DNA of 64,000 nucleotides from Eledone cirrhosa (Eukaryota): assembly GCA_964016885.1 (NCBI GenBank), contig OZ024764.1, positions 20,336,001 to 20,400,000 on the forward strand, read 5' to 3'. A program made the translations under genes and the position numbers. Each line of letters starts with the position of its first letter. Positions within the stretch are counted from its first letter, which is position 1. The notes under the pieces are model-generated. The model made no database searches. It was not told where the DNA came from and was given only the letters and a program-made list of their open reading frames with translations. Shown in pieces: positions 1 to 11,829 of the stretch.

Positions 1-620
1 TGACACCATCTATCTGTCTTACTCCCCAACTAGCAAGAAGTCAATCTGTCTCATGTGCTCACCTGATTGGTAGGTTATTAGGTGGTTGGTAGGTTTCTTG
101 AAGTGTTGCAAATGGTTAGTTCACTTGCATCACAAAATACAAGAAGCCTCACTCCTTCTTCATTTCTTGAGCCATAACCATGACCACCATGTACCCCAGT
201 GTATCCATCCTGGAGCTGTCCAACATGACCATTGAAGTCCCCTGCTATTATAACTAGGTCTCTGTCATTGTGGTTATCTCTACTTATTCCTTTTCCACAT
301 TTGGAGCAGGGCCACTTTCCTGAAGGTGTCGGGGTCTTCTCTCCTATCCATTACCACTTTAGTTTTGGCTAAGTATATTCTCAGAACTTACCATTTCAAA
401 TTCTATATCTATAGTTGGTCATCTACATAGAGAAGTTTCCATAGACTGCCAGTCTTAAACCTCTCTGTTATGGTTTGGAGAACTATGATGAACAACAGTG
501 GGCTAAGAACTAAACCATGATGAACTCCTACCTGTACCTTCAATTCTTCACTAGACACACTTTACTGACATCTTCTCACAAGCCATTCTTCTACACCTAA
601 TTTCCTTAACCCTTTAGTAT
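1..620 (-). mobile_element. Decayed RTE-clade LINE fragment (endonuclease plus RT remnants), shared by all units
   Basis: Near-identical to 16200-16815, 35870-36490 and 57750-58370; the minus strand of the last copy reads IIAGDFNSHVG...GHGYGSRNEEGVRLL (APE endonuclease motif, ORF 57828-58025). Confidence 0.85.
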
Positions 621-681
621 ATAAACTGGCCATATCTGGCCAGAATTCTCCCACATCTTTCTGTTCAAACTGGCTGTAATT

Positions 682-2585
682 AAATAATAATAATAATAAT
701 GAAATTATTGTGTACAGTGCTCAGGTGCACTACATTTCATCAAAGGTGCATGTATAGTACATAGAATAATGTACAAATGTCAGGAAAATGAACAGTGCAT
801 GAGTCATGATATAATAACAATAATGAAGTATTGTGTATAGTTCCCAGGTGCACCACAACTCATCAAAAAAGTGCATGTACAGTACATAGGGCAATGCACA
901 AACATCAGTAAAATGAACAGTGCACGAGTCATGATACACACGTGTGCATGTGTATGGAAGGGGTACATCAGGTGTACTTTTGGCGTATTTCGGGAAGCTT
1001 GAGTGTCTTAAAGGATGCAGTGTCTCGGCAGCTAACAACTGACGCAGGCAGTTTGTTCCCTACTTCAGCAACTCTGAGCGTGAAAAAATGTCTACGAAAG
1101 TCATGGGAGCTGTGCTGTTTTCTGATCTTGTAGGCATGTCCACGTGTGTTAGACACATGGAGATCAAAGAGGCGCTCAGGGTTGCAATTGGCGAGATGGT
1201 TAAAAACTTTGTGGGTATTCACCAAGTCCATTGCCAGACGTCGGAGCTTCAATGAATTCATGCCCAGGGACGCAAGGCGTTCATAGTATGGTAGGTGTCT
1301 GATGGAGGGTATGTGCTTGGTTGCACGTCTCTGAACAATTTCCAGGAGGTCAATGTTCTGAGCAAGATGGGGGTTCCAGACTGATGATGCGAATTCCAAG
1401 TGTGGTCGTACCATAGCTGTATACAGTTTTAAATAGATGGCTGGAGAGCGGCTAACAAAGGTCTTGCTGAGTGATGCCAAGACACCCTCGGCCTTCTTGA
1501 CAATCTTAGAGACATGCTTTGTCCAACGCAAATCGTTGCTGACAGTAATGCCCAGGTCACGTTCACAAGAGGACTTTTTGATATCAGTGTTGTGGAGGGA
1601 GTATGTGGACGCTGGATTTTTCCTTCCAGAATGCATGGTGGTACACTTGTCCACAGCCAGCTTCAGTTGCCAGTCTGTGATCCATTGCTGCATTGTGTCC
1701 AGGTCTGATTGTAGGAAAGAGTTGTAAATTTCAGGATCAGTCCTTTGGATTTCAAGGTACAGCTTGATGTCATCTGCATATTTCAGTACCGTGGCATTCT
1801 GTAAGTTGGCATCTATGTCATTAATATATGCCACAAACAAAAGAGGACCAAGAACAGATCCCTGTGGTACACCAGATGACATCTCATATGGTGAAGAATG
1901 CTGTCCTAGAACCGTGACTACTTCTTTTCGGCTGAGAATGAAGGATTTCAACCAGTCGAAAAGATCATCCCTCACACCCATTGCAGAGAGTTTTGCCATA
2001 AGTCTTTTGTGTGGCACAGAATTAAAAGCCTTAGCAAAGTCAGCGTAAACAACATCCACCCATGAGCCGCTGTCAGTGATCCGGGTGATGTCCTCAAGGA
2101 ACTCGATAAGCTGATCACAGCAGCTGGAGTTAGGGATAAATCCAAACTGTGAGGGCCGGATGAGGCTGTGAGAGCTCCAGAAGTTCCAAAGTGTTTCTCT
2201 GACACAGGATTCCATCAGTTTGGCCATACAGCTAGTAAGACTGACTGGACGATAGTTGACAGGTGACATGCGGTTGCCCTTTTTGAACAGGGGAATGACA
2301 CTGGCAGTTTTCCACTGCTCCGGAGTAGCACCATTGTTGAGACAGTATTGAGAGAAGAAAGAAAGCTGGCGCAAAAGGAAATACCCGCCACATTTGAGAA
2401 GCAGGTATGTCACACCATCAAGACCAGGGGAGGCATAGTTGCGCTTATTCTTAAGGTGACGTCGCAACATTGTAGGTGTAAATTCCATAGTTGTTATGGA
2501 ATGAGATGGTGGAGATGGTACATTCTGGTTTTCAACAGTAAAAATACTTGCATAGCACTCAGCAACGAGTTCTGCGCATTACTTG
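682..2585 (-). mobile_element. 5'-truncated CR1/L2-group LINE insertion, private to unit 1
   Basis: Interrupts GTAATT|GGTCACT, which is contiguous at ~16878; (TTA)n-type tail at 683-700; internally duplicated 3' UTR (~713-810 vs ~830-935); contains an RT ORF. Confidence 0.88.
968..2488 (-). CDS. Reverse transcriptase of a CR1/L2-group LINE (no endonuclease; 5'-truncated)
   Basis: 506-aa uninterrupted ORF with NYRPVSLTS, QFGF, DFAKAF, GVPQGSVLGPLLF, YADD, RDLG and VRPHLEFASSVWNP; the frame stays open upstream (AELVAECYASIFT) to the insertion edge. Confidence 0.9.
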   Translation of the reverse strand: MEFTPTMLRRHLKNKRNYASPGLDGVTYLLLKCGGYFLLRQLSFFSQYCLNNGATPEQWKTASVIPLFKKGNRMSPVNYRPVSLTSCMAKLMESCVRETLWNFWSSHSLIRPSQFGFIPNSSCCDQLIEFLEDITRITDSGSWVDVVYADFAKAFNSVPHKRLMAKLSAMGVRDDLFDWLKSFILSRKEVVTVLGQHSSPYEMSSGVPQGSVLGPLLFVAYINDIDANLQNATVLKYADDIKLYLEIQRTDPEIYNSFLQSDLDTMQQWITDWQLKLAVDKCTTMHSGRKNPASTYSLHNTDIKKSSCERDLGITVSNDLRWTKHVSKIVKKAEGVLASLSKTFVSRSPAIYLKLYTAMVRPHLEFASSVWNPHLAQNIDLLEIVQRRATKHIPSIRHLPYYERLASLGMNSLKLRRLAMDLVNTHKVFNHLANCNPERLFDLHVSNTRGHAYKIRKQHSSHDFRRHFFTLRVAEVGNKLPASVVSCRDTASFKTLKLPEIRQKYT

Positions 2586-2726
2586 ATTGGTCACTTGTAC
2601 TTATGTTAAGGTATTGTTCTCAAAATAAATAACATGAAAATCTCATAGATTTGATATTATGAGAGATAAAGCATTTACTGTGAAAATATAATAGTAAATA
2701 TAGAGTAATGTGAATACTAAAGGGTT

Positions 2727-3530
2727 AATCTAATGTCACTAATAACTACTTTTATCAGTCAGTTTAATCTAATGCCACTAATAACTACTTTTATCAGTCA
2801 GTATAATTTAATGCCACTAATAACTACTTTTATCAGTCAGTATAATCTAATGCCACTAATAACTACTTTTATCAGTCAGTATAATCTAAAGTCACTAATA
2901 ACTACTTTTATCTGTCAGTATAATCTAATGTCACTAATAACTACTTTTATCAGTCAGTATAATCTAAAGTCACTAATAACTACTTTTATCTGTCAGTATA
3001 ATCTAATGTCACTAATAACTACTTTTATCAGTCAGTATAATCTAATGTCACTAATAACTACTTTTATCAGTCAGTATAATCTAATGTCACTAATAACTAC
3101 TTTTATCTGTCAGTATAATCTAATGTCACTAATAACTACTTTTATCAGTCAGTTTAATCTACTGCCACTAATAACTACTTTTATCAGTCAGTTTAATCTA
3201 AAGTCACTAATAACTACTTTTATCAGTCAGTATAATCTAATGTCACTAATAACTATTTTTATCAGTCAGTATAATCTAATGTCATTAATAACTACTTTTA
3301 TCAGTAAGTATAATCTACTGCCACTAATAACTACTTTTATCAGTCAGTTTAATCTAATGTCACTAATAACAACTTTTATCTGTCAGTTTAATCTACTGCC
3401 ACTAATAACTACTTTTATCAGTCAGTATAATCTAATGTCACTAATAACTACTTTTATCTGTCAGTTTAATCTAATCTCACTAATAACTACTTTTATCAGT
3501 CAGTATAATCTACTGCCACTAATAACTAAC
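2727..3530. repeat. 39-bp minisatellite (AATCTAATGTCACTAATAACTACTTTTATCAGTCAGTTT), about 20.5 copies
   Basis: Direct tandem repeat; 13-aa periodicity in the ORF track. Confidence 0.97.
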
Positions 3531-3654
3531 CTATGTTAGTCAGCACATTCTTCACCAAGGAAGGCCTTAGTATTTATTACAGTCCATTTATCAATATAGA
3601 AATATTATATGAAATTTTTACTGATGTATTACAAGTTTCTCAGTATCTTATAAT

Positions 3655-3883
3655 GTTCTTTTATTATTTCAGAATACCAGAGGAAATTGGCATTAAAGAG
3701 CACGTTACATCAGACATATCCTCAACATTAACCATTTCTAATGAAAGACACTACCCATCATTTTGAAATAATTTTGAAAACACTCAACACTTTGGACTTA
3801 TTTAGTAATATAACTAAATTTCTCAGTATTAAGCTGTGAATTATGTGAGAAACTGTGATGATTGATATCTTTTAGTAGGAGAT
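3655..3883 (+). other. Putative splice acceptor (TTCTTTTATTATTTCAG, AG 3671-3672) and 5' leader of the ZNF1 exon
   Basis: Strong T-rich acceptor conserved at the same position upstream of all four ZNF ORFs (AG at 17265, 37129, 59164). Confidence 0.65.
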
Positions 3884-5251
3884 ATGTCGAAAAATATAGT
3901 AAAATCACCATTCCACTGTGATATCTGTGGTAAATCATTCTCTCGTAGTAATCACCTAACTACTCACAGACGTATTCATACAGGAGAGAAGCCATTCCAC
4001 TGTGATATCTGTGGTAAATCATTCAGTCGCAGTAATACCTTAACTACTCACAAACGTATTCATACAGGAGAGAACCCATATCATTGTGATATCTGTGGTA
4101 AATCATTCACTTGTAGTCATCACCTAACTACTCACAAACGTATTCATACAGGAGAGAAGCCTTATAAGTGTGATATCTGTGGTAAATCATTCAGTTACAA
4201 TACTAGCGTCAGAGTTCACAAACAAATTCATACAGGAGAGAAGCCACATCACTGTGACATCTGTGGTAAATCATTCTCTTACAGTATTACCATAACTAGC
4301 CACAAACGTATTCATACAGGAGAGAAACCATATCACTGTGATATCTGTGGTAAAACATTCTCTGACAGAAGTAGCTTTGTTAAACACCAACGTATTCATA
4401 CAGGAGAGAAGCCATATCAGTGTGATATCTGTGGTAAATCATTCTCTTGTAGTAATCACCTAACTACTCACAAACGTATTCATACAGGAGAGAACCCATA
4501 TCACTGTGATATCTGTGGTAAATCATTCTCTGGCAGTAGTAGCTTAACTACTCACAAACATATTCATACAGGAGAGAAACCATATCACTGTGATATCTGT
4601 GGTAAAACGTTCTCTAAAAACAATTACCTAACTACTCACAAACGTATTCATACAGGGGAGAAGCCATATCAGTGTGATATCTGTGGTAAATCATTCAGTC
4701 AGAGTAGTACCTTAACTACTCACAAATGTATTCATACAGGAGAGAACCCATATCACTGTGATATCTGTGGTAAATCATTCTCTGGCAGTAGTAGCTTCAT
4801 TAAACACAAACGCATTCATACAGGAGAAGAGGCATATCAACGTGATATCTGTGGTAAATCATTTTCTCTTAGTAGTCACCTAACTACTCACAAACGTATT
4901 CATACGGGAGAGAAGCCATATCACTGTGACATCTGTGGTAAATCATTCAGTCATAGTAGTACCTTAACTACTCACAAACGTACTCATACAGGGGAGAAGC
5001 CATATCATTGTGACATCTGTGGTAAATCATTTGCTGACAGAAGTAGCTTAGCTACCCACAAACGTACTCATACAGGAGAGAAGCCATATCACTGTGACAT
5101 CTGTGGTAAATCATTCACTGATAGAAGTTGCTTAACTACTCACAAACGTACTCATACAGGAGAGAAGCCATATCACTGTGACATCTGTGATAAATCATTC
5201 CCTCAAAGTGGTAACTTCACCAAGCATGTGCGTCTTCATACAAAAGTTTAG
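3884..5251 (+). CDS. Tandem C2H2 zinc-finger protein ZNF1, 16 fingers (finger 12 has first Cys->Arg)
   Basis: 455 aa = 10-aa leader + 16 CxxC-12-HxxxH units, mostly TGEKP/TGENP linkers. Confidence 0.95.
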   Translation: MSKNIVKSPFHCDICGKSFSRSNHLTTHRRIHTGEKPFHCDICGKSFSRSNTLTTHKRIHTGENPYHCDICGKSFTCSHHLTTHKRIHTGEKPYKCDICGKSFSYNTSVRVHKQIHTGEKPHHCDICGKSFSYSITITSHKRIHTGEKPYHCDICGKTFSDRSSFVKHQRIHTGEKPYQCDICGKSFSCSNHLTTHKRIHTGENPYHCDICGKSFSGSSSLTTHKHIHTGEKPYHCDICGKTFSKNNYLTTHKRIHTGEKPYQCDICGKSFSQSSTLTTHKCIHTGENPYHCDICGKSFSGSSSFIKHKRIHTGEEAYQRDICGKSFSLSSHLTTHKRIHTGEKPYHCDICGKSFSHSSTLTTHKRTHTGEKPYHCDICGKSFADRSSLATHKRTHTGEKPYHCDICGKSFTDRSCLTTHKRTHTGEKPYHCDICDKSFPQSGNFTKHVRLHTKV

Positions 5252-5520
5252 CTGTATCAATATCAAACTCATTACATCATACTACAACAACAACAACAAT
5301 TGTGTAGATCCATCATCCTTGCTAAAACTGGTGTTAACCTTGTAGGTTTTACCTATGACAGGGATCATAAACACCAGGTTTCCATTTTTGAAGTAGTGTT
5401 TGAAGATTTTGTGTAAATTAAAGTTTTTCACATTAAACTTTCATTTATTATACTTTAACAGGTAAGATATATATTTGTATTTTTAGTAAAGGTTGGGAAC
5501 TTCTGTAATTTAAACCTGCC

Positions 5521-5545
5521 AATAAAATGAAAACTTTTGTTGTTG
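5521..5545 (+). terminator. Putative polyadenylation signal of ZNF1
   Basis: AATAAA 270 nt after the stop, followed by TTTTGTTGTTG; conserved at 19707 and 39491. Confidence 0.6.
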
Positions 5546-5679
5546 CTAGTCTGACATTGATATTAATTCTATTGTCCTGTACATTGTCTCAAAAATCACA
5601 GATTAAACAGATTTTAACAATAACAACAGAAATCAATAACTTGTAAGCCTAATATCTAGCTTCCATTTTAACTATTTGA

Positions 5680-6300
5680 TATTGTTGTTCCCCTCCTGTC
5701 TCTTCAGGTGTTTTAGATTTCAACTTCTATCTACAGTACTATTCCATCACCAAGGCAACATTCATCTGGCTGGCAGCTTACATCAACTCCAGATCTCATC
5801 AGTGGTTCACAACAGGCTGTCTGAAAGAAACTTCCAGATATCTTCTATGTCATAGCTATCAATCTCCTCCTCCTTATCATATGTATCATGTAGAACATCT
5901 CTGAATTTATATTTAAAGGGGGATCTTTTACCATCCCTACCCTTTTCTCTAGTTGTCTTGTACCAGTCTCACAGTCCCTCTATATCTTATATTTAACAGG
6001 GAGATCTTTTACTATCCCTACCCTTTTCTGTAGGTTGTCTTGTACCTCTCTTAAAGTCCCGGTAGATCTTATATTTAACAGGGAGATCTTTTACTTTCCA
6101 ACCCTTCTATCTCCAGATAGTCTTGTATCTGTCAGTCCCTCTAGATCTTACACCTAGTATCTAGTCTATGTTGAGTGGTACGTCCTTCTCCAGTAAAGGA
6201 GTTAATATTCCCAACCATCTGTCTATCCTGTTTTCTGATGAGAATGAAGTCAATCTAGTTTATCTCTTCACCTGATTGAAGTAACTAGATCAAGTAACTA
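5680..6300 (-). mobile_element. Old RTE LINE relic containing an ~82-bp tandem repeat (5907-6150, about 3 copies)
   Basis: Minus strand gives IDFILIRKQDR...TTQHRL and WNSTVD remnants, matching the RTE ORF at 42504-43664. Confidence 0.7.
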
Positions 6301-6440
6301 GATGTTTTCCTGTAAGTTAGTGTTGCAGTGTTTGTGTCACCATGTAAAGTTTATATCTATTAATATAGAGATGTAGTAAAGTTTTCACTGTTGTATCTCT
6401 ATTTTCTAAATATCTTAATAATGTTTCTCTACTATTTCAG

Positions 6441-6885
6441 AATATCACATGACCTTGACAGAAAAGAGTCTTTTAAAGACAACAGAAAGATGTTACATAC
6501 AAGTGATATAAACTTGTTTAGTCTGTGGTGAATTATGGTGAAATATTTCTTCTGAATTGAGATAAATAACAACATTTTCCTTTTTCACTGTCTGGAATAT
6601 TTACAAGATGATTTTACATTCTGATTAAACTTTGGATATTTACAAAGGCGTTTTCAAAATATTTGGATATTGACAAAGATGACATTTGGTAAAATTATGA
6701 ACAATAGAAATATTTACATCAACATAGGAATATTTTCCAAAAGAGATGGGAAAATCATTATACCACTGTAATATTTGTGGTAAAGTATTCTCTCTTCTTC
6801 ATATGTACAACATCTAACTAAACACTTTAACTAACAAACTATTGTGCTATAGAATTGACAAACTTGAAGAATGTTTAATAAATGT
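6441..6885 (+). pseudogene. Relic ZNF terminal exon (acceptor, leader, half finger MGKSLYHCNICGKVFS, stop, AATAAA)
   Basis: Acceptor TTTCTCTACTATTTCAG and upstream intron are homologous to those at 3590-3672; ATG at 6746. Confidence 0.65.
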
Positions 6886-6936
6886 TACAGATTTCTCCAA
6901 ACTGTCGTTTACTAACTTTAATTTGAAACTATATTA

Positions 6937-7211
6937 TCTATATACTACTAAAACTCTGTGATTGTGTCTTGTCTGTAATTTAATACAGCTAAAACAGTGC
7001 ATAATGGGGAAATACTTTGAAAAGAATAAAACAAGTTTTGTATAAATTGGAGCACGGATTCCCAAGATACGGGGGTTTCTGGGTACCTTCATAAATATAG
7101 GGAGAGAAGGAGATAGTGGTTGTGAGAGTGTGGATTGAAAAGGAGAGATAGAAGGAGATGGATGGAAAGGGGAAGAGAGAGAGAGAGAGCTGGTGGTGAT
7201 GTTTAATAAAA

Positions 7212-7258
<47 letters not shown>

Positions 7259-7365
7259 CTATATATATGTCTATTTTTTAACTGTTTGAAAATTATTTTT
7301 AATGGACATGATTTTAAAAAAATAGCTTTAACGGAACAAGACCCAACAGGTCCCGGGTGATCTAG
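6937..7365 (+). mobile_element. Non-autonomous Helitron
   Basis: A|TCTATATACTACTAAAA ... GACC-CAACA-GGTC hairpin ... CTAG|T, no TSD; internal GA and TA microsatellites. Confidence 0.75.
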
Positions 7366-7569
7366 TTTGTTACTAAATACTAGATATTAGAGGGTCATGT
7401 TGTTCTAGATGTGCTGGAAGAGCCATTCCATCTCGTGAGGCTCACACCAGCAGCTAGCCACCTCAGCACCTATGGTGGTATATTTATTATATTATTTATT
7501 CTTTATCATTAACATTAATATAAAAGATAATTATATATTTTTAGAGAAGAACCTCTAATTTCATATGGC

Positions 7570-7880
7570 ATGGGTTAGACGAGTTATCCTGTTGTAAGCA
7601 AGGCCAGGTCAGGTGATAATGTGTTGCTCCTATAGAACAGTGTGGACTGGGTACTTTTTGTTGTGACACCTACACGACCACTTTAAAGTTTGGGCTGGGT
7701 ACTTTTTGTTGTCACCTACATGACCACTTTACAGTGTGGGCTGGGTGCTTTTTGCTGTGACACCTACGCAACCGCTTTATAGTGTGGGCTGGTTTCTAAT
7801 GTTGACTGTGTGTTCTTAACAGTGTGGGCTGGGAGCTTTTTATCATATCTTCTACACAACCACTTTGCAGTGTGGGCAGT
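7570..7880 (-). repeat. RTE 3'-UTR remnant with ~48-bp tandem units
   Basis: Units TTTTGTTGTGACACCTACATGACCACTTTACAGTGTGGGCTGGGTAC match the RTE 3' UTR at ~31930-32025. Confidence 0.7.
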
Positions 7881-7889
7881 GAAATATCA

Positions 7890-8390
7890 GTAATCAGAAG
7901 AAGGGAGGTAGGCATAAAAGCCAAACTTGCTGTCTTCAATTAGGTTTTTGTGCCAACCCTTACCTATGGTCACATATCTTGGGTAATGACCAAAAGAATA
8001 TGATTGCAAATACAAATGGCAGATATGGGATTCCTCTGAAGGGTCTTTGAAGGAACTTTTCTCAATAAAGTGCATAGCTCTGAGATCAGAGAGTCACTCC
8101 AGGTGGAGCTGTTACCTCTCCGAATTGAGAGATTACAGCTGCAATACTATGGCCATGTGGTTAGAATGTCTGAGGAAAGAATCACCGGATAGATTTTACA
8201 GGCTAAACTAACCGGCAGGAGACCCAGGGGTAGACCTGAGCAAGATGGTCACATAACATCCATGAGCTTGGCTGGTCTCTGGGAGATCCAGCCACATAAG
8301 TTGGAGTGGGTTGCTTCTGACAGGACCTGTTGGAGGGAGTGTTTGAGGACTCTGCCCCCAAGACCCTCTCTGGAATAAGTGGGTTAATAA
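7890..8390 (+). mobile_element. Decayed C-terminus of an Expander/Rex3-like RTE LINE
   Basis: Reads FVPTLTYGH.SWVMT...IERLQLQYYGHVVRM...GRRPRGRP; paralogs at ~47380-47875 and, partially, 22215-22370. Confidence 0.7.
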
Positions 8391-8686
8391 GAAGGGGTTG
8401 AGGTTACATAATCAACATCAGATTTCCCTGCTAGCAAGGGTTTAATGAGTCTACTTCAACCAAGTAAGTACTGAAGTGAGGCTACTGATCTCCCAGACAG
8501 ACCAAGGATCTGAGACTTATTTACATAAGGTCTCATTTGCTACTGAGTGCACAGAAAAGGTTGTCATGTCTTTGTCATGATTGAAGGGTTCTCCGACACT
8601 ATTGTCGGGCAAGCTTTCTATGGCCAGATGTCCTTCACATGACCAACCACATTACAGCCTGTGTTGGGTGTGTTTATCATGTAGGT

Positions 8687-10731
8687 GAGACGTAACGAAC
8701 TGAGGGTTACCCAAGGACCACATAGGTCACATGTGTTGTCTGAGGGTTGCACAGTGCAACTAATTATGTACACAACAACTAATTAAAGTCATTTAATAAA
8801 TTATATTGCAGAAAGATTTGTTACTTAAATTTAGAAACATACAATGTACATACAAATGTTTTAGCAGCATTCATGAATACAAAGTAATGAAGTAGTTTGA
8901 CAAAAAACTAAAATTTAACATGTCAACATATACTTGCAGATTGTAACATCAACAAATACATTGTACACAAATAACAACAGTTGAAAACTGAACATTTATT
9001 TGCTACTATTCAACCATTTTTAGTGTTTTGTCCTGAGGCTTGACACTTCTTTCTGTTGACAATGTTTGGTATATCTGGCTGAAATGTCTACAGTTCCAAC
9101 TTTAATCAGAAATGACAAGTGTTGATCTGTCAGCCTTGTTCTCTGAGAAGTTTTTGTTAAGCAAAGTACAGACTCAGTATGGGCAGTGATTTTCAGCTCT
9201 TTGCACATAAGAAAATGAATTAAATTTTCATCTGACAATGGAGACTTCCATAAGCTAAGTCTTCTAATGAAGAACTTGATGTCATCATACAACTGAGTGA
9301 TGGGTTTGTTTTTACCTTGTAATTTCAAATTAAGATCAGTTAATTGTGCAGTAATATCCACAAATAAAGCCAGATGTTGGAGCCAACTTTCATCTTTTAT
9401 TTCACCTGTGTTTTGACCTTTCATCTCCAAAAACATAATTATTTCAACAAATAGAATCTTTTCAGCACTTTGTGACATGTCAACCAGCAGACTTCTGTGT
9501 AGAATGGAACTTCGGTGAACTGATTATCCATATCTTCCAACAACTGGCTGAACTGACGGTGGTTGAGAGCACAACCTCTGATTTAGTTCACTGTCTTTGT
9601 GACCAAGCTAAGCACATGATGCAATTTTAAAATCTTTGAACATAAATTTTGCTGATGAATAATACAGTGAAAATGTGCAAATGATGAATCTAGATATGAG
9701 TTTTCTATTTTTGTTTGTAACTTGGCAGCAACACCATTATGTCTACCAACCATATTTGCAGCACTGTCAGTAGATAAACATGCAAGTTTACTCAGATCAA
9801 AACCATGCAGACCCTGCTTGGCCTTCTCAAAGATGTCCTGGCTTGTTATAGTGTCATGCATGGGGACCAGTTCAATCAGTTCTTCATAAATATTAAATTC
9901 ACTGTCACAGGCGCTGATGAAGAATGCAAGCTGTACTATTCCAGTGATGTCAACAGTCTCATCAATAGCAATAGAAACATGTTCAAACCTTGATGATACA
10001 GCCTTTAACTGTTGTTTCAGATCACCTGACATTTCATTAATCTGTTCAGCAACAGTGTTCCTGGTTAATGAAATGTCTTTGAATAACTCTGCTTTCTCTG
10101 GACAATTTCAGCTGTTTTTACAAGACATTGCTTTACAAAATCTCCTTCACTCTAAGATTTCCCACTCATGGCAATCATTCGACTGAGTTCATAGCTTGCA
10201 GTAACGGAAGTGACATTCTCTTCCTGAATTAACATAAAAGAGGTCTATTGCTGTGTTAAGTTAGACTTCAATTCCTTGAGTCTTGAAACACACGTTGGGG
10301 CTTCATATTTATCCTAAGATCGAGGGTTTGTTTCATAATGTCTTTTTAAATTGTACTCTTTTGGCCTGGCGATGTAGTTGTTGCAAATTAAACAGTGTAT
10401 CTTTCTGTTCACCATTGGGCAAAAATACTGTAATTCCCACTTTTCTTGAAACACTTGCCCTTCTTCATTCAATTTCCTTTTTCTCTTAGCTGGAGGAGCA
10501 CTAACCATTTCAAAAACAAAATCTTTTGAAATTTTGAAAGAAAGTTTTCTGTTAATGAGCTGCACGTGATTAATGGAAGTTAAAAGTAGTTGACAAAAAT
10601 TGCACAAAAAAAATAATTGTATCGAAAAATGTTTAAATTTTATATTAGGAAAATGAAACATGCTCGCACTGTAAAAACCTTTGTGTGGGCCGCAGGTTTG
10701 CTTACAAAGGGCCGCATGTTTGACATGTCTG
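8687..10731 (-). mobile_element. Decayed hAT (Buster/Charlie/SPIN; GTF2IRD2-like) DNA transposon
   Basis: Fragmented ORFs with FQEKWELQYF, CLIC, KEYNLKRHYET, SIAIDETVDIT, STDSAANMVG, HCIIHQQNLC, LNLKLQG; TIR GTTTGACATGTCTG at right, degenerate TIR at left; 8-bp TSD ATGTAGGT at 8679-8686 and 10732-10739 (nnnTAnnn). Confidence 0.88.
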
Positions 10732-10869
10732 ATGTAGGTTACCAACACGAGGGAGGGCAGCATGTCCTTCAATGTCTTCTGCTACATTAACTACCAGGAG
10801 GTCACCACATGAGACAAAGACTACATTTCAAAGAAGGGTCACAAAAGAACTAAATACAAAAGTACCCAC

Positions 10870-11305
10870 AATTGAGCAAAAAGCAAATAATTGAGCTTTG
10901 GGTCTAGGTTAAGGGGCGTAAGTGCTGTGCCCTGTGGACAAGACTACAAAAGTATCCCCCCCCCCCCCTGGTCGATGGACAGTTACACCCACTGCAACAG
11001 CCACCCCAACCTCATGGGACACCCTCTTCAAAAGGGCCACCGACGTTCTGATCTTACAGAGGAGCTTGGCAGTATGGGGTCCAAGTACTTCTGAGGTCTC
11101 GATGGTGACCGGTGTGAAGAGACCTACAATTGATGTCATCCCAGTTATGTTGGACTGTAATATACTGGGGTATAGAGAGGCCTTAACCTGTCACAGCCGG
11201 GCCACCCAGGGTTGTGTCATCTAGGTACCAGACAGGGGTAACTAGACCATGTTGTCAACTGTCAGCACCAATAGGAGTGAGGCGAGTGGGTCCCCTTGCT
11301 AGACA
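10870..11305 (-). mobile_element. CRE-like (RLE-type) non-LTR retrotransposon C-terminal remnant
   Basis: FTPVTIETSEVLGP.TAKLL resembles the F.PVA.ET.G..G motif also seen at 15030-15090; paralog at ~50360-50775. Confidence 0.55.
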
Positions 11306-11829
11306 CCATATATTGCTAATTACTTTAATGAATAATTTGTTTCATACGTAATTATTACTTTTAACACAATAGGATTTTGTACACGTGTTTGTTTGAAAAC
11401 ATCTTTCAAAGAAGTATGAGACAGTCTTTTGCAGTCTTCTGGAGTTGCGACCGATAGATAGTATTAGCTATTGGAAAGACCAATGGAAACATTGTTTCCT
11501 CGGTCCGATTTGACTAAAAGTCGATCAATAAAAAAATATATATTTATATATATATAGAGAGAGAAACACACAAACGTACACTACTGTAAAACATATGTAA
11601 GGGTAGACAACTCTCGTTACCCCCCCCCTTCTTTTTGATATACGTCCTTTAAGTACGTTGTTCAATGGTACCTGCTTTATTTTGTGTCCTAAGTAGATTT
11701 CCGTTTAAGTATTTACGAGATTCACAATGATTCACGTAACCAAGTTACTTACATAGAGATATATTTCACATAGAATCACAACAAATGAAAATATTAAGTC
11801 AACACTCTGTCAATCAGTCTCACATCACA

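Noticed and set aside
2733-3539. 268-aa (also 99-aa and 190-aa) repetitive ORFs MSLITTFISQYNL as a novel repeat protein
   Set aside because: By-product of a 39-bp unit (multiple of 3) lacking stops in one frame; intronic position, variable copy number and RTE origin.
3533-3883. KRAB/ZAD/BTB/SET effector domain upstream of the fingers
   Set aside because: None recognisable; short ORFs here span the acceptor and stop before the ZNF ATG. PRDM9 is only an analogy for array behaviour.
9020-10772. Domesticated GTF2IRD2/ZBED-like host gene
   Set aside because: Multiple frameshifts and deletions shared by the copies; TIR and TSD still visible, so a dead transposon.
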